IMG/VR virus record: IMGVR_UViG_3300045988_140928
Span: 1 to 64,000 of that record
Length of the DNA: 64,000 nt
Source: a virus
Strand: one strand, 5' to 3'
Below the pieces are notes generated by a model that was given only the letters and a program-made list of their open reading frames with translations, did no database searches and was not told the DNA's origin. Both the position numbers and the translations under genes were made by a program. Below, piece by piece: positions 20,891-27,956 of the stretch; position 1 is the first letter of the stretch, and the number at the start of each line of letters is the position of its first letter.

Positions 20891-22747
20891 TTATACCTCT
20901 TTATCTTTCTTTAAATGTTTAGCTAATTTAGATTCTTTCCAAATCTTACCAGTTTTTCGATCTCTAATCAAGCGTTCTTCTGTATCACCTACTGAGTAAT
21001 GAACACTATCTTGTTTAGGGTAAGGTTCAATATCAAACTTTAAGGTCTTACGAGCTTGCTTCTTAAATATTTTTGAACCTAAGAACATGATATAACGATA
21101 CTTGATAGGACTAATTATCATATATCTATAATAATGCCCTTTCTCCCACACGCCACCATGCTTACCATAACCATTCCAAGAATATTCACGATGTTTAGTA
21201 GTTCCACAGTATAAAAAGTTAGTAGCTTGATAAATTGCTCCTGTATGGTGCATACCTTGATCAGCAAAAGAAATAATAAACCAATTACCATCTTGTTCTT
21301 GCTTTAACTGTCTTAAAGTCCACGAAACAAACTTAGACGTAATATTCTTTAAGTTTTGACTTACCTCGTCTTTAATGTATAGTCGGGATAATTCTAGGGT
21401 ATTGTCTTTAGTGGCTAAAGGCGAAATAGACTGAGCAAGACTAATTCTAGGTCTGGTATATGTTACCATACCTGCTAAACTTCCCCTATAATATAAACCA
21501 TAGCAATAAGAAGTAGTAACTCTACGATGTAAATAATGGTATTTAATCATTAGTTCGTCTAACTCACTGCTATCTACCTTTCTAAATTCAACGTCACTAG
21601 ACTTATCTACTAAAGGTAAAAGATAATAATCTAACGTATCCTTAATATTTTCATTATATTTAATCCTAATTAAGTTAATACCATTTTTCTTACAATAGTT
21701 ATCTTTCATCCTATCGTGTTTCTTTTGCAGTTCATAGCGCTCTTTACCTCCGAATAAGTCAATAGGCTTAAAGTGCTGTTGACCATCATACTCAACAGCA
21801 GTATTGAATTGAGGTAGCCAAAAATCAAAATGAAGATTTTTCTTATCTATTAAATCTGGAATTAAATAACCATAAGAGTAACTAAGCTTATGGTTGGCTA
21901 AATAATTCATAATTGCCTGTTCACCATTAGAAGAACCACAATTAGGACACAAACCCCTATTAGCGCTAAGTTGTCCCCATGTAGTCTTAAACACAGTACC
22001 ACATGCACTATGTCTTACATAAATAGGGCTTTGATTATTTTTATAATCACCACTTACGTATGTATAACGACCGTCAGCAACCTTTGAAATACGTTGTTTA
22101 ACTTCGTCTAAGGATAATCTACATCTGTCACCTGTTGCCTTATTAGCACAAAATTTACAACGATAACCATGTATAAAGCTATAGTCTCTAACCCAATATT
22201 CATTTCCACATTCTCTATGTAGTAAATGTAACCACAATCCTTCCTTTTTAGTTCTCTTAGTTCCTAATAATTCATATTTGCCTTTTCCTAAATCTTTAAC
22301 CTCTTTAATTACTTTATTAGGTGTTTTAGGAGCATTTCCTGCACAATTAGGACACCCTTTGCCTTTTAATAGATTAACTGGAAGGGGCGTCCATTCACCC
22401 TTTGAGCCATAGCCACATACAAGACACTTCGCTTTTGTCTTCTTAAAAATACCATGTATAGGCTCAAGTAAAATAATATCATCATTAGGGCGAACTTTAT
22501 GTAGTCTATTCTTAAACTCTTCGTCTGTTAACATACGACTATTAGATCTTTTCCTCATACTACAGTGCTTGCATTTTGCTTTACCTCTAAAAATATTATC
22601 GGGAATTAAAGTTCCAGTAGTACCACAAACTAAATGTTTATACTTAACAGGTGTCTTCATATCCTTATAAGGAGGATAAAAAACATAACTAGAACCTAGC
22701 ATACGTTGTGCCCTATAATTAAATTCGTCAAAAGTTAATTTTTTCAA
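20891..22747 (-). CDS. fusion protein: 4 Zn-ribbon modules + Vsr/DUF559-like PD-(D/E)XK nuclease + Mom-like (GNAT-fold) domain
   Basis: 618 aa. Nuclease core HFDFWLP..AVEYDGQQHF..RMKDNYC..INLIRIKY. C-terminal motifs YHYLHR, LELSRLYI, ISFADQGMHHTGAIYQATNFLYCGTT. TTG start with RBS GAAGGGG. Confidence 0.7.
   Translation of the reverse strand: MKKLTFDEFNYRAQRMLGSSYVFYPPYKDMKTPVKYKHLVCGTTGTLIPDNIFRGKAKCKHCSMRKRSNSRMLTDEEFKNRLHKVRPNDDIILLEPIHGIFKKTKAKCLVCGYGSKGEWTPLPVNLLKGKGCPNCAGNAPKTPNKVIKEVKDLGKGKYELLGTKRTKKEGLWLHLLHRECGNEYWVRDYSFIHGYRCKFCANKATGDRCRLSLDEVKQRISKVADGRYTYVSGDYKNNQSPIYVRHSACGTVFKTTWGQLSANRGLCPNCGSSNGEQAIMNYLANHKLSYSYGYLIPDLIDKKNLHFDFWLPQFNTAVEYDGQQHFKPIDLFGGKERYELQKKHDRMKDNYCKKNGINLIRIKYNENIKDTLDYYLLPLVDKSSDVEFRKVDSSELDELMIKYHYLHRRVTTSYCYGLYYRGSLAGMVTYTRPRISLAQSISPLATKDNTLELSRLYIKDEVSQNLKNITSKFVSWTLRQLKQEQDGNWFIISFADQGMHHTGAIYQATNFLYCGTTKHREYSWNGYGKHGGVWEKGHYYRYMIISPIKYRYIMFLGSKIFKKQARKTLKFDIEPYPKQDSVHYSVGDTEERLIRDRKTGKIWKESKLAKHLKKDKEV
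20950..21600 (-). repeat. dispersed direct repeat, about 650 bp (Mom-like segment, copy 1)
   Basis: About 85-90% nucleotide identity by eye to 54310..54955. An example shared stretch is gggtaaggttcaatatcaaactttaaggtcttacgagcttgcttcttaaa. Confidence 0.8.
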
Positions 22748-22770
22748 TGATACCCCTTCTTTCTTATATA

Positions 22771-22799
22771 ATTATACCTTCTATTAATTCATTATTCAA
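22771..22799 (-). promoter_or_regulatory. consensus sigma-A promoter TTGAAT-17-TATAAT for the HE/Mom-like gene
   Basis: -35 at 22794..22799, -10 at 22771..22776, spacer 17 nt. Confidence 0.65.
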
Positions 22800-22834
22800 G
22801 AGTACATCCTATAAAAAGAAATAAACTATATAAA

Positions 22835-22877
22835 ATAACGTATACCGTTAGTCGAATTAAACTAAAGTATACGTTAT
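22835..22877 (-). terminator. terminator hairpin after the split tube-like gene
   Basis: Perfect 11-bp stem ATAACGTATAC/GTATACGTTAT with a 21-nt loop, followed by UUUUAUAU. Confidence 0.55.
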
Positions 22878-22918
22878 CACTTTTAACTATTTAATAGATT
22901 TAATACATCCTATAAGAA

Positions 22919-23213
22919 TTATGATTGTGAACCCGCTGAAGAGCTGAGGTATAGAAACTCAATAGATTCAGACACAATTTGCGAAGCTCTATAGCTGGTA
23001 TTGTAACTGGAGGCACTACATCCATAAAACGCTTCGGCCACCATTTTAGTAACACTATCCATTACAGAAATAGTTAAAACATCAGCTTGCAAAATGTCTT
23101 CTCCCAGATGGGCTATATCCATTTGTTTAGAAGCAAGGTTATCTCGCACCATACGAAATCTTTCTAGTGTAAGAGAACCCGTATATTTGAGGTATACGTG
23201 TTCACGTGGCATA
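22919..23213 (-). CDS. tail-tube-like protein, exon 3
   Basis: The frame stays open when joined to exon 2 (AT + T gives Ile, then MPREHVYLKYTGSLTLER...). The spliced product is 144 aa. Confidence 0.65.
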
Positions 23214-23455
23214 CATTATATTAACTACTTATTTCCAAGTAGATTAGATTATATCTTCCTCTTTATAAGAGGTTCTACATTACCTTAACTTAATAAGAAC
23301 TTAATCGTTAGTCATTTATTTTAGAACGGTTGGTCAACTCTGCCTACTTCTAGGTTTAGTCTTTCTTACTAGCTTATTTAATTCAGTTATTCAGCTTTAC
23401 CCGTTTAGTAGAATTTTTAAATTAACATTACTGTTAATCACCACTATGCTAGTTA
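23214..23455 (-). ncRNA. group I intron, ORF-less (242 nt, IA-like)
   Basis: - P1: CCAU|U with AGUGG, giving a U.G at the splice site
- P2: AUUAAC/GUUAAU
- P3: UUCUAC/GUAGAA
- P8: CCUCUU/AAGAGG
- J8/7-P7: AAGAUAUAAUC
- P9: CUACUU/AAGUAG
- The intron ends in G. Confidence 0.8.
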
Positions 23456-23569
23456 ATGGATCCGATTTCGTATACTCCTTCGGTACCGTAACTTCTGTTA
23501 GCTGTCAAACTTTGAGCACGTGCAATCAAGTGGTTCTTAGCCATGATATAAATTCGGTTACCAGTATTA
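23456..23569 (-). CDS. tail-tube-like protein, exon 2
   Basis: 114 nt encoding (V)NTGNRIYIMAKNHLIARAQSLTANRSYGTEGVYEIGS(I), bounded by an intron-terminal G upstream and a U.G splice site downstream. Confidence 0.65.
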
Positions 23570-23828
23570 CAAAAATTATATTTATATTTTAATATAAAAT
23601 TAGACTATATCTTACTCTTTAATAAGAGTCTTCCTCATTACACCATAAGGCTCTTATCTAATAAATTATTAGAACTTTAGTCGTTAGTCTTTTATTTTAG
23701 AACGGTTGGTCAACTCTACCCCTAGTAGATTACAGGGCTTAGTCTTTCTTACTAGCTTATTCTCTTTTATTACTACTATTTATTTAGCTATACCCGTTTA
23801 GAGGAAATTTTGAAACAGCTAATACTTA
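23570..23828 (-). ncRNA. group I intron, ORF-less (259 nt, IA-like)
   Basis: - P1: AACGGU with GCUGUU, giving a U.G at the splice site
- P3: UUCCUC/GAGGAA
- P7: GACUA/UAGUC
- P7.1: UCUAAUAA/UUAUUAGA
- P8: ACUCUU/AAGAGU
- S element: AAGAUAUAGUC
- The intron ends in G. Confidence 0.8.
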
Positions 23829-23854
23829 ACCGTTTGTCCGGCTACAGTTGCCAA
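23829..23854 (-). CDS. tail-tube-like protein, exon 1 (TTG start)
   Basis: RBS GAAAGGAG, 10 nt, then TTG GCA ACT GTA GCC GGA CAA ACG GT. An in-frame TAA lies immediately upstream. The exon ends in U. Confidence 0.55.
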
Positions 23855-23930
23855 TTATCGACAACTCCTTTCTAATTAGAAAACAAATAATATTAAGATA
23901 TATCTTAGTGGTCATTAATTAATATAGACT

Positions 23931-23964
23931 CAAACAAAAAGAGGTGTCTAATTTAATAGGCACC
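23931..23964 (-). terminator. terminator hairpin after HE-like gene
   Basis: GGUGCCUA/UAGACACC (one mismatch) followed by CUUUUUGUUUG. It overlaps the TAG stop. Confidence 0.5.
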
Positions 23965-24965
23965 TAATTAATATACTTTTCTAATACTCTTTTTATCTCT
24001 CTATAGGTAGTTACAGTATATGGAATTCTAATTAATTTAATATTATGCTCTCTACAATATTGATCTTTTTTTCTATCATTATGTACCTGCTTTCTAAAAG
24101 CTTCATCTCCACCAAAATAACTTCGAGGTTTAAAATGCTGAATACCATCATACTCTATAGCCGAATTAGATTCAGGAAGATAAAAGTCAAAATGCAGTTT
24201 ATTGGGAAGTATATATCCATAAATAAAACTAATATTAGTACGAACTAACCAACTCTTTACTAGAGATTCTCCTCTTGATATATGCTCACATCTACATCTA
24301 TTACCACGTAAAAAATGGTCAGGTCTAACACTATACACACGACCACAAGTCATATGCTTAATTTTAATAGGATTACTACTACCTGTATATTTTCCAATAA
24401 CTTTGTACTCCCCATCCGTAAGATCATAGACTTCCTTCTTAAATTGACTTGTAGACTTTCTCCTTTTACTAGCTAAAGCCTTTCTTTGTTTAATCTGTGC
24501 AATAGACAAACCATTAATTAAATGCTTCTCCTGCTCACGTTTTAATTGATACCTGTGATTCTCTCTTTCTAAACTTTCACAGATCGAACAATGAATCCCA
24601 TTCTGCTTAAAAGACTTAGGTGTGATTAAATAAGAGTGGTTACAACTACGATGAATCAAGCGCACCTTAACCGTATTACCTTGATAAGGAGTAAGTGGAT
24701 CTAAGTACCATTGATTATTAGTTTTAATTTTAATCAACTGCTCAAATGTTTGAGTTGCTCTATGATGATTCGCTGAACAGTAGGGACAGCGTTTGCCTGC
24801 TAGAAAATTATGAGGCGAAACTGAATAAACCCTACCACACTTATTATGCTCCATTAATAACTTGGTATGAGCATTAACATATGTATTAGACTTTACTGTG
24901 TACTCGTTACCTACTAAATTGTAAACTTCCTGCTTAAATTCTTCTATTGTTTTTCTTCTACTCAT
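23964..24965 (-). CDS. free-standing HE-like protein (Zn-ribbon modules + Vsr/DUF559-like nuclease)
   Basis: 333 aa. Core HFDFYLPESNSAIEYDGIQHF..RKKDQYC..IKLIRIPY. RBS TAGGAGG. Confidence 0.7.
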   Translation of the reverse strand: MSRRKTIEEFKQEVYNLVGNEYTVKSNTYVNAHTKLLMEHNKCGRVYSVSPHNFLAGKRCPYCSANHHRATQTFEQLIKIKTNNQWYLDPLTPYQGNTVKVRLIHRSCNHSYLITPKSFKQNGIHCSICESLERENHRYQLKREQEKHLINGLSIAQIKQRKALASKRRKSTSQFKKEVYDLTDGEYKVIGKYTGSSNPIKIKHMTCGRVYSVRPDHFLRGNRCRCEHISRGESLVKSWLVRTNISFIYGYILPNKLHFDFYLPESNSAIEYDGIQHFKPRSYFGGDEAFRKQVHNDRKKDQYCREHNIKLIRIPYTVTTYREIKRVLEKYIN

Positions 24966-25022
24966 TTTAAAACCTCCTATACAAGTTAATTATAACTTCA
25001 TCAGGTATGATCTACAATATAC

Positions 25023-25060
25023 AAAACAAAAAGAGCACCTACCCGATCGGATAAGCACTC
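25023..25060 (-). terminator. rho-independent terminator in the leader of the HE-like gene
   Basis: 12-bp stem with four G.U pairs, so it forms only in minus-strand RNA. Followed by UUUUUGUUUU. Confidence 0.65.
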
Positions 25061-25156
25061 TTTTTATCAACTAATTTTAATAAAGGAGGTAATGTAGAAC
25101 AATTATCGAGTCTCTGCCAGTCAAACTAAATAATTCATTAACATAACCATGACTCT

Positions 25157-25167
25157 AGTATAGCACA
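25157..25167 (-). promoter_or_regulatory. extended -10 element TGTGCTATACT
   Basis: TGcTATACT on the minus strand. Poor -35. Confidence 0.35.
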
Positions 25168-25194
25168 CAATAATTAAAATACAATAGCTAAAGT

Positions 25195-25223
25195 AAAAAA
25201 AAAAAACAGGGACAAACCCTGCC
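25195..25223 (-). terminator. rho-independent terminator (CAGGG/CCCUG + U12)
   Basis: 5-bp GC stem followed by a run of 12 U. Confidence 0.65.
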
Positions 25224-25372
25224 AAAGAAAAACAAACAAAGAATTCAGATCAAAGTTTGAAATAGTCGGTGAAATCAATTATGAAATTACTAATTGGACA
25301 GTAAAAATATAATTATAGCTATCAAGTTGCTTATACACCAACAATTCTCAAGATCCTTACTGAATTAAGGAA
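25195..25372 (-). ncRNA. candidate small non-coding RNA, about 175 nt
   Basis: It is bracketed by a perfect TTGACA-17-TATAAT promoter and the U12 terminator. The longest ORF is 14 codons and has no RBS. Confidence 0.4.
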
Positions 25373-25379
25373 CATTATT

Positions 25380-25408
25380 ATTATAAAACATACACACTGG
25401 ATTGTCAA
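25380..25408 (-). promoter_or_regulatory. consensus sigma-A promoter TTGACA-17-TATAAT
   Basis: -35 at 25403..25408, -10 at 25380..25385. Confidence 0.7.
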
Positions 25409-25414
25409 CCTTTA

Positions 25415-25966
25415 TTAAAGATTATCCACATTATCTAGTGTTTTATCTTTATCAAGATAAACCATTCTAGGACTAATTGAAACATCGCTTACACCAAGAT
25501 TAGAGTCTTTTAATTTCTGAACAAACTCTATAGCATCTTCTTCATTAGCAAAAACATCTACTTCATCATATGATCCATAAGCATCAGCATAAATATATTT
25601 AACAACATAAACAACAGGACGATTAAACCCATTAACCCGCAGATGTCTACGAGGATCATCATTCTCTAAATCAGTACCTATACGCTGTTCAATATTTACT
25701 AATCTATCACTATAGTTGTCAAAGAACTTTTCACTCTTTTGATCTAGACTCGAAAGAACATCCCACAATTTACTTATTTCAGCTTTTATTGAGTCTATAT
25801 CATTAGATGATTGATTCTCAGGTAAATTAACCTCTTTAGGCTCAATCTTAACCCTTATAGGGTCAAGATTAATTCTATTACGATCCGAGGAAGCAAAGAT
25901 AGTAATAAATAAAATAACCAGACCAATAACGATACCAATAATCAAACTATAGCCATTAATAACCAT
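25415..25966 (-). CDS. membrane-anchored hypothetical protein
   Basis: 183 aa. N-terminal TM segment INGYSLIIGIVIGLVILFITIF. RBS AAGGAG. Confidence 0.6.
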   Translation of the reverse strand: MVINGYSLIIGIVIGLVILFITIFASSDRNRINLDPIRVKIEPKEVNLPENQSSNDIDSIKAEISKLWDVLSSLDQKSEKFFDNYSDRLVNIEQRIGTDLENDDPRRHLRVNGFNRPVVYVVKYIYADAYGSYDEVDVFANEEDAIEFVQKLKDSNLGVSDVSISPRMVYLDKDKTLDNVDNL

Positions 25967-25978
25967 TAATCTTTCTCC

Positions 25979-26122
25979 TTAAGAATCCCAGATAACTGCA
26001 ATAAATAGTATTAATAAAGCTAAGAACTCAATGCAAAAACCTACTGTAAAGTTATTACAAAATAATATAATACTAAACCCAATAAAGATACACAAAGCCA
26101 TTAGGGTAAATACAATCTTCAT
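25979..26122 (-). CDS. 47-aa hydrophobic (two-TM) peptide, not in the ORF track
   Basis: MKIVFTLMALCIFIGFSIILFCNNFTVGFCIEFLALLILFIAVIWDS. It fills the gap between two ORFs and starts 7 nt after the upstream stop. Confidence 0.4.
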   Translation of the reverse strand: MKIVFTLMALCIFIGFSIILFCNNFTVGFCIEFLALLILFIAVIWDS

Positions 26123-26129
26123 ATAAAGA

Positions 26130-26354
26130 TTATGCTTCTTCATTATCATACTCCTTATACGTAATCAAAACACTTTTCTTTGGATAAGAACAGTATTGAA
26201 CACTAACTACATCCTTATCTTTAATAAATTCATTAACTTCTTCTTCCAAAGTATAAAGATGGGTAATGTTACCTTTTTCTATATCTTCCCATGTAGGAGC
26301 ACAACTAGGAACTTCTTCTATAATCTTAACTTTAAAAGTTGGTTTATAAGACAT
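26130..26354 (-). CDS. hypothetical protein
   Basis: 74-aa ORF. Confidence 0.5.
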   Translation of the reverse strand: MSYKPTFKVKIIEEVPSCAPTWEDIEKGNITHLYTLEEEVNEFIKDKDVVSVQYCSYPKKSVLITYKEYDNEEA

Positions 26355-26459
26355 CTTAATACTATCTACTAAAGCGTCCGTATGGATGGAATTAAAAAAA
26401 TTCTTCTACATCTTTTTGATTAAATTTTACGTCCTCAATGCTTCTTGGCTTTTGTTTAC

Positions 26460-26972
26460 TCATGATAATTTTCTCCCACAAAACATGCAATATTTAGAAT
26501 CAATATCTTGTACCTCCTCTGGTTCAATAAGACTACCCCTATAAATAATCAATCTTATAATATCGTCGTCAGTCTTATACCTCATATAGCTACCTTCATT
26601 TATTCCTATCTTCTTACCCTCGCCATTAATCATGGAACAATAAGGACAATTATAATGATTATCTATTTTAGATACAGCCTTAACAGTATCAATCAAACAT
26701 TGCAAATAGCTATAGTAGGAATCAAAAGGAGTATCAAGGTCTAAAACATAATCTTCACCATGCCGTTCAGGTGGATATACATAAGGATGGTAAACAATTT
26801 TCGTTTCATCATCAGTTTTAATACTATAAGCCTCATTCTCCATAGGGTCAATAATGATTTCCCAACCTAATTCCTGTAACTGCTGAAACTTAACCAAAGT
26901 TTTCTTAATTGTTTCTGGATCATATTTCTTATTAATATCTTCTACTAAATCTGATGTAGTACCTTTCTTCAT
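26460..26972 (-). CDS. hypothetical protein with C-terminal CxxC...CxxC Zn-ribbon
   Basis: The start is set at the ATG at 26970..26972 (MKKGTTSDL), preceded by the conserved leader GGAAAGGAAG. CPYC...CMFCG. Confidence 0.6.
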   Translation of the reverse strand: MKKGTTSDLVEDINKKYDPETIKKTLVKFQQLQELGWEIIIDPMENEAYSIKTDDETKIVYHPYVYPPERHGEDYVLDLDTPFDSYYSYLQCLIDTVKAVSKIDNHYNCPYCSMINGEGKKIGINEGSYMRYKTDDDIIRLIIYRGSLIEPEEVQDIDSKYCMFCGRKLS

Positions 26973-27045
26973 TATTATACTTCCTTTCCTTAACTTATGT
27001 TTTAAGTATAACACTTTTAGTTAAATATTCAACTACTTTTGTACA
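26973..27045 (-). promoter_or_regulatory. repeated promoter cassette with conserved leader
   Basis: -35 TTGAAT at 27027..27032, 16-nt spacer with TG, -10 TATACT at 27005..27010. Leader is TAAAACATAAGTTAAGGAAAGGAAGTA. Confidence 0.65.
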
Positions 27046-27147
27046 AAAAGATAAAATAAAAAAGAGAGTTAAAATAACTCCCTTAAAAAGGACTGGCGCA
27101 CCAACTCGCCATCAATATAATACCATATAGATCAACTTCTATCAACA

Positions 27148-27891
27148 CTATTCACAATAAGGAGTAGCTAAATCGCCCTCTTCCATTTTCACATTAGCAA
27201 TATAAAGCGAACCACCGGGATATAACCTAGTATTGGTATATGATTGAAACCACCATTGAAGATCAGTATTAGGATCAGCATCTACAGGAGCAACAAAACT
27301 TAAGCAATATTGTCTCCAATCTTTGTTAATTTTATTTACTTGAATTAATGGCTGTCCATCATTCTTATTAGTCGTATAAACCCCATAAAAGCAAAAAGGA
27401 TATTCGATCCAACCGTCATTCCATGTATCTGGGTGTCCTTCATAAAAACCTGAAAACTCTTGATAACATAAATAAAAGCTAATTGTATATACATTGCCTT
27501 TCTTAAGAGGGAGATAACCATAATATCTAAGGCCCTGAACCCATGGGTAACCATCTGGAGTTGTATAAAAATGGTAAACACCAGTCTTAATATCTTTATT
27601 ATTATATAATCTTTCCCCTGAAGGAACTATAGTACCTACAGACCCAAAATTACCCCATTTATTATCATTACCAGTCCCAGATAAATTAGAAAAGTCCTTA
27701 GTGTTCTTAAACATATTAGGGTTAGTAAGAATAGTTACATGATCCATCAACCCATCCATATCATTTAAAGTTAAAGTATTATTCTTATCTAAGTTAGCAA
27801 CTTTTCTAAACTTATCACCTAATGACTTTAATTGACCTCCTATAGTAGTTTGTCTAGGTGTATTAAAATCTTGATTATGATATTCAAGCAT
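27148..27891 (-). CDS. stand-alone CBM/RBP-head-like jelly-roll protein
   Basis: 247 aa. The ending YIANVKMEEGDLATPY parallels KVKIEKGSVATPY in the 1871-aa fibre. Confidence 0.55.
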   Translation of the reverse strand: MLEYHNQDFNTPRQTTIGGQLKSLGDKFRKVANLDKNNTLTLNDMDGLMDHVTILTNPNMFKNTKDFSNLSGTGNDNKWGNFGSVGTIVPSGERLYNNKDIKTGVYHFYTTPDGYPWVQGLRYYGYLPLKKGNVYTISFYLCYQEFSGFYEGHPDTWNDGWIEYPFCFYGVYTTNKNDGQPLIQVNKINKDWRQYCLSFVAPVDADPNTDLQWWFQSYTNTRLYPGGSLYIANVKMEEGDLATPYCE

Positions 27892-27898
27892 AATAAAA

Positions 27899-27931
27899 AC
27901 TCCTTATACTTTTTTATTCAGTATAAAGAGT
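27899..27931 (-). promoter_or_regulatory. hairpin that sequesters the RBS of ORF 27148..27891 and also acts as a terminator-like structure after lemA
   Basis: ACUCUUUAUAC pairs with GUAUAAGGAGU (one G.U). The 3' arm contains the SD AAGGAG (27900..27905) and is followed by UUUUAUU then ATG. Confidence 0.45.
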
Positions 27932-27956
27932 TTGTTTTTTTTTTCTTTTTATATAG

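Noticed and set aside
22919-23212. Treating the 97-aa ORF as a stand-alone gene starting at its ATG.
   Set aside because: There is no RBS. The ATG lies 1 nt after a group I intron 3' end, and joining to the upstream exons restores a continuous 144-aa frame.
22748-23963. The long apparently non-coding stretch considered as a tRNA or other RNA gene cluster, or as a CRISPR-like repeat (repeated segments near 23240/23600 and 23318/23690).
   Set aside because: The repeats are the homologous cores of two group I introns. There is no cloverleaf or T-loop (GTTCGAATC-like) signature and no regular repeat-spacer periodicity.
26392-26463. A 23-codon ORF (MSKQKPRSIEDVKFNQKDVEEFF) overlapping the stop of ORF 26460..26972 in an ATGA arrangement and ending at a T7 run.
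   Set aside because: It is too short to support on sequence alone. Frameshifting on the T-run does not connect it to the downstream ORF.
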